Virus record (IMG/VR): IMGVR_UViG_3300040758_000113
DNA length: 42,839 bases
DNA from: a virus
Reading direction: 5' to 3' (one strand)
Below the pieces are notes generated by a model. It was given only the letters and a program-made list of their open reading frames with translations, did no database searches and was not told the origin of the DNA. A program made the translations under genes and the position numbers. This document shows, one piece after another, positions 26,130 to 36,359 of this stretch. Position 1 is the stretch's first letter; each line of letters starts with the position of its first letter.

Positions 26130-26543
26130 TTATCTTGACGCCCGAGGGCAAGCCTTCGGGTGTTTCTTACACGCTGCGAGAATTTCCTCCACGAAGGGAA
26201 CAAAGTGAACGTACAATCCCCATCCGTTGGAAGCATTGAATTTCTCAAACCGGGCAGGGCCAGCCTTCATCTCAGCTATCGCCTTAGTGAGCGGCTCAAT
26301 AAGCCCCTCTGCCTTGGTGATACCAATCTCCTCGGGTCGCCAGAGGTGCTTATAAATACCCGCTTCCACTGCCATCCTGCCAAGATTGTGAGTGATATTG
26401 CTATCATACACAACCTCCCTTTCATCCAACTCAGGGAGAGTAGACCCGCACTCCGGGCAGTTCCGCAGCCGGTTTATCGGGTACTCAAGATAGAAATCAA
26501 GACTCATCCTTAATCTCCTCGCTGGAATCCGCTTCGGTGCCAA
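26130..26543 (-). CDS. Hypothetical protein (CPECG motif)
   Basis: 137-aa ORF. Confidence 0.4.
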   Translation of the reverse strand: MAPKRIPARRLRMSLDFYLEYPINRLRNCPECGSTLPELDEREVVYDSNITHNLGRMAVEAGIYKHLWRPEEIGITKAEGLIEPLTKAIAEMKAGPARFEKFNASNGWGLYVHFVPFVEEILAACKKHPKACPRASR

Positions 26544-27147
26544 TCACCGCCAGTCCATAATTTCCCGCACCGTCTAATGCCAAGGCGTTGATAATGCTGT
26601 CAACGATGGTGAGCGTGGCATCATGCATATCGGTTAGCCAGATAGCCCAGAAATCCTTGATTTGCAACCCGCCCTGCGCCTTGATGGCGAGCTTGACATG
26701 CTTCCTGAATTCTGGCATGTCGAACCCCCGGAGCAATGCCGCCCCGGCGTCGAAGTTGTTGACATTGGGGTTGATATCTACGCTCAAGATAGGCTTGTTG
26801 ACAATCTTCTCCCCGCCACCCTTGACCTTCTTGGCAACCGGCTGCACGAGGGTAAGATTCGCCCCGGCAAGCTCGGGGTCATTGGTCATCTCCATCAGAG
26901 TGAACGCCACGGAAGGACTTGTTACCCCCACAGGGTCGCTGACCTTATGGATGCGCACCTGTGACGGGCATCCGAGGCAGGCGACAAACTCATTCTCCAA
27001 GGGTGTGAAAGCGAAGAAAGCGGAAACAATCTTTTCCATCTCTTTGTCTTCCAGCTTCTCTACTTCATCCGGGCGGAATTTGGCAAGCTCGTCCGCACGG
27101 GATTTCATCTCCGCTGAATAGCGAGTCCCGTTGTAGATTTTGTTCAA
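26497..27147 (-). CDS. Hypothetical protein
   Basis: 216-aa ORF. Confidence 0.4.
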   Translation of the reverse strand: MNKIYNGTRYSAEMKSRADELAKFRPDEVEKLEDKEMEKIVSAFFAFTPLENEFVACLGCPSQVRIHKVSDPVGVTSPSVAFTLMEMTNDPELAGANLTLVQPVAKKVKGGGEKIVNKPILSVDINPNVNNFDAGAALLRGFDMPEFRKHVKLAIKAQGGLQIKDFWAIWLTDMHDATLTIVDSIINALALDGAGNYGLAVIGTEADSSEEIKDES

Positions 27148-27701
27148 AAAGAAAGACGGCCATTCCGCCCCCCGAACGACCAGCAGAGGGAGAACGTCTT
27201 TACACCTAAATCCTCAAGGATGTTCCGTAGAGCAAGGATAACATCTTTGGAAGTATTCTCAATAAACGCCTGCCCATGTGGGAAATCCAAGAGTACGGGA
27301 AATTGTTGTCGAGAAGTAACAATAGAAGAATTGACCTGTTCTTCAATAACCTCCTTTTCCTTTTTAGCGAGGAACTTAAAGGGTCTTCCCATATTTCGGT
27401 AAGAGAGTGCCTCCTTTTTTGACATCGGGTCTTGAAGGTCTTTACCCCCGTTTACTATTAGCCAAAACCCATAACATCCATTACTCAATGAGAAGTCTAA
27501 GGCGGGGGGAACTTCCTTTTCCTCATCAAGGCGGGGGCTAAAGAAGGGATTTATGCCTATGCTTTCAGTTTCGGTTCCCTTAGTTTCAGCCAAAACCGTA
27601 GCTTGTAGAAACTCCTGAATATTACCACCATTAAGGTTGTTTTGAAAAACTGTAGAATCTGATTCTATGCCGAAGATAGCCCAGTTAGAATGTCCAAACA
27701 T
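27144..27701 (-). CDS. Hypothetical protein
   Basis: 185-aa ORF with ATGA overlap to the upstream gene. Confidence 0.4.
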   Translation of the reverse strand: MFGHSNWAIFGIESDSTVFQNNLNGGNIQEFLQATVLAETKGTETESIGINPFFSPRLDEEKEVPPALDFSLSNGCYGFWLIVNGGKDLQDPMSKKEALSYRNMGRPFKFLAKKEKEVIEEQVNSSIVTSRQQFPVLLDFPHGQAFIENTSKDVILALRNILEDLGVKTFSLCWSFGGRNGRLSF

Positions 27702-28249
27702 TTTTCCTCCTCATATTTCTTAAGGTATTCAGCCAATCCTAAAATTCTTTCCTTGTTCTCGTGTAAAAACCCCAAAGCAGCATTGCATCCATTACAGAGG
27801 ATTCCTCTCACTTTCAAAGTAGTGTGATTATGGTCTATTGACCAATCCCACCCCCTCCGCCCCGGTGAAGTAGAACCACACCCTAAGTTAGCACATTTTC
27901 TTCCCTGTAATTCAAACATTTCCTTTACTTTTTCTGGAGTTAACTTATATTGCCTTTTTAAAACGGAACGTCGGCGTATAAGCTTGTCTTTTTCTGTGTT
28001 ATTTTTTCTCCACCGACGAGTTTTAGCTGCAACCTTTTCAGGATTAGCAAGCCTCCACTTTTCAACAATATTTCGGCGACATATCTTACACCGCCTTCTC
28101 TTTCCTCCCGTTAAATTGTCTTCGGTTAACGGATGACCATATTTGCAGGTTAACCGAGAATTTATATACTTTTTACCTTTTCTACAGTTAGCATATTGGG
28201 CTAACCGCTGTTTTTGTTCTGCTGTTCTCTCATAAACCCCTGTAGGCAT
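27665..28249 (-). CDS. Endonuclease VII-family nuclease
   Basis: QGRKCANLGCGSTSPGRRGWDWSIDHNHTTLKVRGILCNGCNAALG. ATG at 28249 with GAGGGGG RBS (the track uses TTG at 28255). Confidence 0.65.
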   Translation of the reverse strand: MPTGVYERTAEQKQRLAQYANCRKGKKYINSRLTCKYGHPLTEDNLTGGKRRRCKICRRNIVEKWRLANPEKVAAKTRRWRKNNTEKDKLIRRRSVLKRQYKLTPEKVKEMFELQGRKCANLGCGSTSPGRRGWDWSIDHNHTTLKVRGILCNGCNAALGFLHENKERILGLAEYLKKYEEEKCLDILTGLSSA

Positions 28250-28323
28250 AATCAACCCCCTCTCTTTCTGATATAGGGGCTGATAGTCATTTTAATGAAA
28301 ATAACCAACCCAATCACTAAAGG

Positions 28324-28596
28324 CTATTTGACATTGGGGGCCTCCATTTCGCACTCTCCCGGACCGGGCTGTTGCGGACGGGGTGGTAACGTGGCATAGG
28401 GATAATGGTCATGACCATCCCTGCCCGTTTTGGGGTTAAAGTCCCGGTGGATGTCTTTGCGCTTCCACCACCATGGAGCATCCTTGGCTATGCCGATATG
28501 CCATCTGCCGGTGTTATCCTCCACGCACGTACCAGGGGTGGGAATGTTGCCTTCTCGATGGTCTTGCATCTTTACCAACCCATCCTCCAAGTACAC
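28324..28596 (-). CDS. Hypothetical small protein
   Basis: GTG start per the ORF track. Weak RBS. Confidence 0.3.
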   Translation of the reverse strand: MYLEDGLVKMQDHREGNIPTPGTCVEDNTGRWHIGIAKDAPWWWKRKDIHRDFNPKTGRDGHDHYPYATLPPRPQQPGPGECEMEAPNVK

Positions 28597-28674
28597 ATCA
28601 AAGCGGAGACCGCAGATACAGCAATCGAAATCCCTAGTCTCCCTTTGGAAATAGAGACTCTGGAACTGGTGACA

Positions 28675-30828
28675 TTAAGGGCACTCAATTAGTCCAAAGT
28701 CTCCGTCCCGATTAACCACGTACACTGTGCGAGACCACTGGACTTTGTTGCCGGAATAGAGTCCTTCACCGATGAGGATTTCCGGGCTGAATCCAAGACC
28801 AATAGACAGGTCAGAGTTGGTGTGCTGCCATTCTCCATCCAGAGATAGCAACCTACCATCTGAACCAATTTCATCCCACCGGGCCTCATAGTTCAACACG
28901 ACGCTGTAGTCCGGGTCGGCCTTGGCTTCGTCAATGTGCGCACGAAGAGCCATAACTTCGGCGGGCGGGATGTCAGGAGCAATGACTAACGTCTTGGGCG
29001 TCATGTTACGAGACGCCAACGTGGACTGCACTTGCCGCAGCTTTTCACGGTAGATGACTGTGCGGATACAACGCTGGAGGATAGAACGACCGTGAAGCTC
29101 GTAGTCACTCTTCTTGCGGGCGAAGTGGATGACGTAAGAACCCTCGAAGGGGTCCTTGTTCAAAGCAACTTTGCCGTCCGCTTCCAACATACCCTTGACT
29201 TCGGAATCGACCTCGGGGTCTTCAAGGTATGCGGTTTTCTGCTTTTCGAGCGGTTTATAGTATACGGTCGGCCCGGCTGTCATGCTGTCCCCGGCCTCAA
29301 GCTCTATCTGCTCGGGAGGAAGGACATTGATGGCATCAAAGCCCTCGTAGTCTTTATTCTCCAAGTGGGAGAAAAGCTCCTCTTCTTCCTTACGCTTCTC
29401 ACGGATTTCCTGCAACTCCTCCAAAACCTGCTTCTTTTTCTCCAACAGTTTGATGATGCGTTTGAGTTCGAGAAGCTCCTTTTGCTTGGCGAGGGTTGAC
29501 CCTTGGGCAATGGCATTCTGCACCGCACCCACTTGGTCGCCGGGGGTCGTCGGCTCGGGAGGCATTCCCCCTCCACCACCGCCTCCCATAGGGGGAAGCC
29601 CACCGCCTCCACCTAAATCTCCACCTAAATCTCCACCCAAGTCACCGGGAGGAAGGTCTCCACCGGGTTCTCCCATGGGGTCTACACCAGCAACGCCTTC
29701 CAACCCGGCGTCTCCCATCGGCGCTCCCTCTCCACCAGCGGGTGGGGGTGCGCCCGCATCAGGAGGAGCGGCGACCTTTACCTGAATAGGGTAGTCATCG
29801 TCAGCATCATCACGGGAGATGAGTTTAGATTCTTTATTGTCCATAGCCAGCTTGATGAAGCTCTTAATGCTGACCGCTTTCTTTGTGTAGCTGATTTTCT
29901 TCTTGCGGATTTCATTCTTGACGTTGGCAATGGTTTCATCGGGGGCGAAGAGATTGAACTTAATGCCTGCCTTCTTGATTTCACAGATAACAGCGGATTT
30001 CTTTCTAAGCCAACTTGAACGCTTCTCAGGCTGGAGGAAGTCCAAGATGGCATCCGATGTACCGCCCATCATGGAGCCTTCACCTTCCATGCCCGGCTCG
30101 GTGGACTGAGAATTAGAATGCTGCTTATTCTTAGCCTTCGCTTTTTCTAACTGAGCCTTTGCCAGCTTGGAAGGTTCAACGGGTTCGGCTTCCTGAATAA
30201 AGATGAAAGCCTCTCCGATAGTCCAATACTCCCGGACTGCCTGAATCAAAACCTGAAAGAACTTGGTGCCGCTGATGAGTCCCTGATAGAAGTCGTAAAC
30301 GTAGTCGGCAAAGTCATCACTGGAACACTTGGGCTTTTCTAATGCCCACTTGGACAGGGGAAGCTCGGTGTGCATGTCGATAGCACGTCCGACGATGGGG
30401 TCCCGGTCATAGGCAAGCCGATAGAACCGGAGTTCTTCCGCCCGGCTGGCTGGCAGTTCGAGGGCGTCTACGGGAAACTCGTAGCTGTAGTAACCAATGT
30501 TGTTGCTGTCGGCGATGTCGGCATTGCCGAGGGTGCCATCACTGAACAGAGCGGCGGTCTTGTTGCGGGTAAGTTCGTACATCCCCCATCCCTGCGCCCC
30601 AAAGGGAGAGCCTTGGGTCGCCATCTGGCGGACCCGGCTAACCAGAACGTCGGCAATCATTCCGTCGTTCGTCATACTGGTCCGGGGGCCTGCGGAGGCG
30701 TATTGCTTACCACCCTTGCTGGCAGCAACCTTTCGCTTTATTTCGGTGGTCCCCACACGCAAATTGGCTCCCCGTTCCCTCTTAACCAACACGCTCTTGG
30801 GGGTCGTCGTAGTTTTCTTTTCAACCAT
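28675..30828 (-). CDS. Large hypothetical protein with internal Gly/Pro/Asp low-complexity linker and coiled-coil segment
   Basis: 717 aa. ...GDLPPGDLGGDLGGDLGGGGGLPPMGGGGGGGMPPEP... followed by KQKELLELKRIIKLLEKKKQVLEELQEIREKRKEEEE. No enzymatic motif recognised. Confidence 0.5.
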   Translation of the reverse strand: MVEKKTTTTPKSVLVKRERGANLRVGTTEIKRKVAASKGGKQYASAGPRTSMTNDGMIADVLVSRVRQMATQGSPFGAQGWGMYELTRNKTAALFSDGTLGNADIADSNNIGYYSYEFPVDALELPASRAEELRFYRLAYDRDPIVGRAIDMHTELPLSKWALEKPKCSSDDFADYVYDFYQGLISGTKFFQVLIQAVREYWTIGEAFIFIQEAEPVEPSKLAKAQLEKAKAKNKQHSNSQSTEPGMEGEGSMMGGTSDAILDFLQPEKRSSWLRKKSAVICEIKKAGIKFNLFAPDETIANVKNEIRKKKISYTKKAVSIKSFIKLAMDNKESKLISRDDADDDYPIQVKVAAPPDAGAPPPAGGEGAPMGDAGLEGVAGVDPMGEPGGDLPPGDLGGDLGGDLGGGGGLPPMGGGGGGGMPPEPTTPGDQVGAVQNAIAQGSTLAKQKELLELKRIIKLLEKKKQVLEELQEIREKRKEEEELFSHLENKDYEGFDAINVLPPEQIELEAGDSMTAGPTVYYKPLEKQKTAYLEDPEVDSEVKGMLEADGKVALNKDPFEGSYVIHFARKKSDYELHGRSILQRCIRTVIYREKLRQVQSTLASRNMTPKTLVIAPDIPPAEVMALRAHIDEAKADPDYSVVLNYEARWDEIGSDGRLLSLDGEWQHTNSDLSIGLGFSPEILIGEGLYSGNKVQWSRTVYVVNRDGDFGLIECP
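29607..29642. repeat. 3 x 12-nt tandem repeat (ctccacctaaat) encoding the GDLGG repeats
   Basis: ctccacctaaat | ctccacctaaat | ctccacccaagt, read directly from the sequence. Confidence 0.6.
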
Positions 30829-30862
30829 AAGTCCTCAATAAAGGGGATAGAAAGCGGAAAAA

Positions 30863-31510
30863 TTACGATTTCGGCTCTTCCGTGGGTCTATCCACCGCCT
30901 CGCTGTTTCTGGGAAGTAGCCTAAAATGCTCCAAAATGACCTCGTTATCGAGGCCAACTGGCAACATCTCCAACGTCGGACTTCCGGCTCTTAGAATTCC
31001 AAACTCATTATTTTTCTTACGTTTATCCACAGACTCCTTGGCTATCCTCATCCGCACGGTGCGAGCCTTACGCCGCTCCTTTTCGAGTAATTCCTCCATC
31101 TGCACGGCATATTTGACTTTCTGGGCGGAAAGCTGCTCCAGACCATATAGGGAGGTTCCCACCATGGCGAGAACGGGAGAAATGTCAGTTTTGTCCTCCT
31201 CGTCCATGTTGTCAAGCAGCCGGGAGAGCCACTTCGCCGACTCCTTCATGGAGTTTAACGCTTGCACGGCACACCCCATCTGAGAATAGACCCGTTGGGA
31301 GTTTAGCCGAAGAAGTGCTCTCTTTTGAACTACTTCCGTCTCACCATCCTCCTTAACATCCAACTCTGCTCGGAATTTGAAGGGGAGTTCCCCCTCCTTC
31401 AATCCCATCTGTTTTCGGGTCTTAAAAGTCCTGACGGGAGAGTGAGCGCACCTGTGATGGTCGCCGTAGTAAGAGCTTCCGCATTTCGTGCATTTCTTGG
31501 TCATGTGCAT
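30863..31510 (-). CDS. Hypothetical protein with N-terminal zinc ribbon (CTKCG...H..C)
   Basis: 215-aa ORF. Confidence 0.4.
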   Translation of the reverse strand: MHMTKKCTKCGSSYYGDHHRCAHSPVRTFKTRKQMGLKEGELPFKFRAELDVKEDGETEVVQKRALLRLNSQRVYSQMGCAVQALNSMKESAKWLSRLLDNMDEEDKTDISPVLAMVGTSLYGLEQLSAQKVKYAVQMEELLEKERRKARTVRMRIAKESVDKRKKNNEFGILRAGSPTLEMLPVGLDNEVILEHFRLLPRNSEAVDRPTEEPKS

Positions 31511-31929
31511 TCTGCCTTCTCTAAGTATTGGATAGCGGCAATAAGAAACCTTCCTTCACCTAAAAGACCTATTCCCATATTGCAGGTTGGGCAAAGAAGT
31601 CCTCTAACTTTTCCAGTGTCGTGGTTATGGTCTAAATGACTTTTATTCCCTTGCACGGGGATGGGTTCTTTACATATCCCGCAGCATCTATTTTGTTTTT
31701 CCCACAAGATTTCTCGTTCTTCCAGTGTAATCCCATAGAGGTGATTATGGGTATACTTTTTCTGATGTTTATACCCCCATTTTTGATTTTTTTTCTTTTT
31801 GCAGAGCCGACAATAGGTTGCTCTACCGGAAGGTTCTCTCTTCAATTTTGAAAAAGCATCCAATGGGAGCCATGATGTACAAGCGGAACACCACTTTTCC
31901 TTATCATTGAATAATCGAAGTCTACCCAT
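31501..31929 (-). CDS. Endonuclease VII-family nuclease
   Basis: YGITLEEREILWEKQNRCCGICKEP...HLDHNHDTGKVRGLLCPTCNMGIG. Confidence 0.65.
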   Translation of the reverse strand: MGRLRLFNDKEKWCSACTSWLPLDAFSKLKREPSGRATYCRLCKKKKNQKWGYKHQKKYTHNHLYGITLEEREILWEKQNRCCGICKEPIPVQGNKSHLDHNHDTGKVRGLLCPTCNMGIGLLGEGRFLIAAIQYLEKAECT

Positions 31930-31965
31930 GGTCTCCCCCTATAGAAGAGAACGATAGGTGGTTTA

Positions 31966-34900
31966 TTAGGCAGGTTTCTTGAGGTAATGTTCGGGAACGG
32001 AGTCCATGGCTCGGTCATGAAGGCACATCCGTATGCCATCATGAAGCACCCATACGGACTTGTCCCCCTTACCCAGAGTGATGTCGATTTGCATAAGGGT
32101 AAGCTGGTCGGCCCCGGAGATATCGTACACGGTTACACCGGGAGGGGGTCCCTTGGTTTCCGGTACTTGGGGGGTGGAATCTACCACGGGGGGAGCTACA
32201 GTGGGTTCTGGCGGGGCTACAGGGAGGTTCTCCGCTGCGACGAACAGATTGAGGGTACCTTGGGTACCCCCAACCCCTTCTGACGCTTCCTGTGGTGAAT
32301 TCCACGAAATCTCCACTTTCAGGGGTTCGGGGACATAGCGTTTCACCGGAGCGTCTAAGGGCAGAGAACCGAGAGGTCCATATATCAAAGCTGCCGGGTT
32401 ACGGTCAGCCGGTCCAAGGCCCATCCGAGTTTCGTACTGTTCCAAGGTCTCCAACTTCGCATCATCCTCGTCGGGCATATTGTCAATACGCCAGAATTCA
32501 TCAAGCTGAATAGCCGCTATGAGCGCCCGCTGGATTTCCTTGGGGTCGGTCTGAAGTACGACTTCTTTCTTCCCCTTCTTCTTGTTGAAGCACCACCAAG
32601 CCGCTTGGAAGGCCCGCTCGTGCAGGTTTTCCTTGAGGAAGGCTTTTGCCTTTTCGACCCGAGCTTCCACCTGCGAAGAGATGGCTTTTATCAGGTTCTT
32701 GATAGTCGCACTATCCCACTCGCCGGGGAGGTACCTGTCCATACCGGATACCCTTGTCCAAGCGGCGGGGATGTGGTCATCATCACCGGTCACATGGTGT
32801 TCAACGTCCCAACTGGATCCATATTCAGCATCCGCTTCGATGGGCACCTGCCACTTCATAATCTGGTGCAGCTTGCGCAACTTCATCATGCGAGTGATAC
32901 GGGGGAGAACGAAAGGCACGTATTCATTCTTCACGGAAAAGTCGATTTCATCGTGAACCGAACAATGCAACATGAAGATGGTTGCAATAAGCGGGTCTGC
33001 TTCAACCCACTGGCGAATCTTGTTGAGAGACATCCGCATGAAATCCCCGCAGAGTCCTTGAATGGGGGCATTAACGCTGACCCGCTGAATCTTGCCCATG
33101 AACTTGCTGTAGTCCATGGTATTGCGAACGCCAGTGTCGGGGTTCTTCCACATGGAGTTGGCAAGGTTGAGATACTCTTTCCACCGGGGGTCATCAGCTT
33201 CCCTAAGCTCCTTCGACTTTTTCATGTAATCCCGATACTGCCATAGGTTCTTCTTTTCCTCCTCGTTCGGGACATGAATGTGTAGCGCCTTCATGGCGGA
33301 GTCAAACTTGATGACTCGATTCGTAGTGGTGGTGCAAATGAGTTGGTCTCGGGCAATTGCTTGTTTGCGCTGGCAAAACTCGAAGAACACCGGCACGCCC
33401 TTCCAGTAGTTTTCCACCATTTCCTCGCACCGTTGGAAGGTGATGTTGGGGTCCTGCTTCTTCATGTTCTCGTAAATGGTGTAGGCGATACCGCCGTATA
33501 AAAGTGCAAAATTGATGATTTTTGCCAAGTCACGCAGGTGCTTAGCACGGTAGTTAGGACTCTTGGAGTCGGAGAACTCCGGGAAGACCTTGCTAGCAGT
33601 GAGGGAGTGGAAGTCACCCTTGCCATGCAAAAACTCATTGATGAATTCCGGCTCACCCGAGCAGTTGGCGGCGGCACGCATTTCGATATTGCCGTAGTCA
33701 ACGGTGAAGAATGTCCATCCGGGCGGCGAGTAGAACAAGCAGCGGAGATTGACTCTCTGGTTGGCATCAATCTTACCGTTCTCAATAAGGAAGCCAAACT
33801 TATCTTTGCAGGTCTGACAGCCCGGCACCAGACAAACGGTATAACCCATGTACTGACCCATATGATTATGGATAATACCGGGAGCCCGCTTTTTGACCTT
33901 GCGCTTGCCCATGGTAACGACGTGTTTAATCGTGGAACGGGGCTTACCATCAACCCAATCCCCGGCTGGCTCCGCCGCTACTTCCTCATCGTGCTCTTCA
34001 ACGATGTAACTCTCTTCCATCTCCCTGAAACATGAAGGGTGAAGCTCTTCCTCGGTGTGGGGTTCTATCTGGTCTTCGGGAATCTCATCGGGAATGAGGA
34101 CATTTCCCGTCACTTTCCACATCAAATAACCTTCCACCTTTTTCACAGCTTGGCTGTTAAGACCGAACCCACCATCCTTGTAAAAGTCACCGCCAGCGGA
34201 AGACAGGCGTCCCCCGGAGACCACATTCTGCTTGAGGTATATGCGGGCGGTGCCATCACTCGGGTCATAGTGGAGGCTGGAAGGGTGTAGGGAGATGTAG
34301 CTCTTGTAGTCTGAGAATACTTCGAGGAACTCATCCTCCGGGTGCAGCTTGTGGAGGTCTTCCACCACCTCGGCATCACACGAGGCTTTCTTCACGCCGC
34401 TCTTCCCACCATCCGTCATCTTGAGGGGAGCATATCCTTTGACATCAAAGAAAAGTATGCGCAGGTCGTCATTGGAATCGGGATTAAAACGGTCATGAGG
34501 TAACACCACACCGTCATCAGTGGCATTCTCTTTGTACCCAGCCGCTATGGCAAGGTCATACAGTTTCTTCTGAAATTGAGCGAGAACCCGTTGGTGCCCT
34601 TTGACAGTGCGAGTATGACGGTCGGTGTCGATAAGGAACCGCTGCCGTTCAATCCAAGTGATAGAGTCAACAAGCTCATGGTCGATGCGATGCACGGTCT
34701 TGCGGGTCCGGGCAAGGGGATGGAGCTTTTCCCATAGAAGCCAAGTACAAATGGCATCAGAGGCGGCGTAATAGAGAGCGATGTCTACGGGTATCCAACT
34801 GAAAGGAACAAAGTGCTGCTTAAGCCCGTGCTTATTCTCTTTCTTCTGCTCCAACGTGCAGGAGCAGAAAGGAGAGCCATTGTGGGGACAAGTATCCGCC

Positions 34901-35661
34901 TTGACCTTGGCGATTTCCTCAAGCTCGATTTGCTCAATACCCAGCAGGTTGCTGGACAACGCCTTCAAGCCGCCGCTATCCCCCGTATAGAACTGCTTGT
35001 CTTCCATGTCAGCTTTGGGGTCATCAATGTATTGCAAAACCTGCACATCTTCAAAGTGAGGATAAGGACGAAAGACAATGCCCATGGTGAGGCGCATGAC
35101 TTCCCGGTCGAATTTCCCATTGTAAAAAACAAGGTGTACCTGATTGAAGAACGGCTGGAGAATCTCAGCGCATATCCTGCGGTCTATGTTGCGGGCCGGG
35201 GTGGTGAGAGCAAGGTCCTGAAACTCATGGGTGATGGGGATGTATATGCCCTTGACACCATCGGCAGAGAGACAGATGCCGGAAATATCGGTCTTGATTT
35301 CATACTCTTGGTGGTAGGAGCCATCAGGCAGCTTCACCATCCTGATAAAGAGCCGGGTGTCAAGGCTCACGTCTTCCGTATCCAAAGCCACAACTGGTTC
35401 GGTGACCCCGTAAAACTCAAAGCGGGGAGCATTGGTGAGAACCTCGTCAACCCACTTCTGTAGGGCTTCGGGCGTATCGACAATCTCGAACGCCTTCTTA
35501 CTCATCCAGTCTTTTTTGACTTTGGCTACACCACCGCCAGCGGAAAGCTCGGCAAGAATCTCCCGGAACATGGTGCGAATGTCCCGGAGCTTGACGACTT
35601 TCTTCTTCTTAACCTTCTTCAAATCGTCGGTGGTGACTTTTTCTTTCTTAACCTTTGCCAT
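31966..35661 (-). CDS. Family A DNA polymerase with 3'-5' proofreading exonuclease
   Basis: Exo I ALDTED, Exo II FYNGKFDREV, Exo III YYAASDA. Pol motif A VDYGNIEMRAAA, motif B RAKHLRDLAKIINFALLYGG, motif C SVHDE. Confidence 0.85.
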   Translation of the reverse strand: MAKVKKEKVTTDDLKKVKKKKVVKLRDIRTMFREILAELSAGGGVAKVKKDWMSKKAFEIVDTPEALQKWVDEVLTNAPRFEFYGVTEPVVALDTEDVSLDTRLFIRMVKLPDGSYHQEYEIKTDISGICLSADGVKGIYIPITHEFQDLALTTPARNIDRRICAEILQPFFNQVHLVFYNGKFDREVMRLTMGIVFRPYPHFEDVQVLQYIDDPKADMEDKQFYTGDSGGLKALSSNLLGIEQIELEEIAKVKADTCPHNGSPFCSCTLEQKKENKHGLKQHFVPFSWIPVDIALYYAASDAICTWLLWEKLHPLARTRKTVHRIDHELVDSITWIERQRFLIDTDRHTRTVKGHQRVLAQFQKKLYDLAIAAGYKENATDDGVVLPHDRFNPDSNDDLRILFFDVKGYAPLKMTDGGKSGVKKASCDAEVVEDLHKLHPEDEFLEVFSDYKSYISLHPSSLHYDPSDGTARIYLKQNVVSGGRLSSAGGDFYKDGGFGLNSQAVKKVEGYLMWKVTGNVLIPDEIPEDQIEPHTEEELHPSCFREMEESYIVEEHDEEVAAEPAGDWVDGKPRSTIKHVVTMGKRKVKKRAPGIIHNHMGQYMGYTVCLVPGCQTCKDKFGFLIENGKIDANQRVNLRCLFYSPPGWTFFTVDYGNIEMRAAANCSGEPEFINEFLHGKGDFHSLTASKVFPEFSDSKSPNYRAKHLRDLAKIINFALLYGGIAYTIYENMKKQDPNITFQRCEEMVENYWKGVPVFFEFCQRKQAIARDQLICTTTTNRVIKFDSAMKALHIHVPNEEEKKNLWQYRDYMKKSKELREADDPRWKEYLNLANSMWKNPDTGVRNTMDYSKFMGKIQRVSVNAPIQGLCGDFMRMSLNKIRQWVEADPLIATIFMLHCSVHDEIDFSVKNEYVPFVLPRITRMMKLRKLHQIMKWQVPIEADAEYGSSWDVEHHVTGDDDHIPAAWTRVSGMDRYLPGEWDSATIKNLIKAISSQVEARVEKAKAFLKENLHERAFQAAWWCFNKKKGKKEVVLQTDPKEIQRALIAAIQLDEFWRIDNMPDEDDAKLETLEQYETRMGLGPADRNPAALIYGPLGSLPLDAPVKRYVPEPLKVEISWNSPQEASEGVGGTQGTLNLFVAAENLPVAPPEPTVAPPVVDSTPQVPETKGPPPGVTVYDISGADQLTLMQIDITLGKGDKSVWVLHDGIRMCLHDRAMDSVPEHYLKKPA

Positions 35662-35678
35662 GCTCTATATAGTACTCC

Positions 35679-36359
35679 TTAAATTACCTTTCCATCGGCG
35701 ATTGCCGTCAACTCTTCCTTGCCCAGCACTTCGGCAAGCCCTACCGTGGCTTGCAAGTGCAACTCCTGTGGGTCTACCTCATCGCTCCTCTCCGCATCCT
35801 TGGCGCTCTTTTCCAGCGTCAACCCAGTGAAGTAGATGCGGATGTAGTCTTCGGCAAGCTCCGCATCCTTGGTTTCCTGAACATCTCGTTGCGCCTTCAA
35901 AATAAAGTGCTCCGCAAGGTCCCAGAAGCTTAAAACACCACCCTCTTCTTCCTCGTCGTCAACCAGCATATTAGGTATGGAGGGAAGGTTGAAGGTTTTT
36001 TCCAGCCAGTAAAGAGCCTGCACCCGGCTGAGTTCCATATACTTGGATACAAAGGTTACATTGTCATACAACATGCTGCCGGGCGGACATCCAAAGCAAT
36101 AAGCGTCATTGGTGCGGGAATAGAGGGTAAAAGACGGCGTGCGGTCACGACCATGAAAGGGGCAGCGGATGACCGTATCACGATGACCGGTAAGCTCCGC
36201 TACGACATCCTGAAACGGGATTTCGTTGTTGGCTCGTTCCCACCGGTCAGGATTGATGCCCCCATATGAGCTACGATAGAAGTTTTGAACGGCATCCCGC
36301 TCAAGACTAACCTCCTGCCCGACAAGCTCTTCGATTGCCGGAAGCTGTTCATTTTCCAT
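35679..36359 (-). CDS. DnaG-type CHC2 zinc-finger protein (primase zinc-binding domain, stand-alone)
   Basis: CPFHGRDRTPSFTLYSRTNDAYCFGCPPGS matches CPFHxExTPSF...CFGCG. No TOPRIM domain in this ORF. Confidence 0.55.
   Translation of the reverse strand: MENEQLPAIEELVGQEVSLERDAVQNFYRSSYGGINPDRWERANNEIPFQDVVAELTGHRDTVIRCPFHGRDRTPSFTLYSRTNDAYCFGCPPGSMLYDNVTFVSKYMELSRVQALYWLEKTFNLPSIPNMLVDDEEEEGGVLSFWDLAEHFILKAQRDVQETKDAELAEDYIRIYFTGLTLEKSAKDAERSDEVDPQELHLQATVGLAEVLGKEELTAIADGKVI

Noticed and set aside
28675-30828. Portal protein assignment for the 717-aa ORF
   Set aside because: The size is compatible, but I could not identify any portal-specific motif. The gene lies inside a replication/recombination block rather than a structural module.
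31966-35661. Intein or HNH insertion in the 1231-aa DNA polymerase
   Set aside because: Despite its length there is no Cys/Ser...His-Asn splice-junction pair and no LAGLIDADG or HNH block. The extra length looks like ordinary insertions between exonuclease and polymerase domains.
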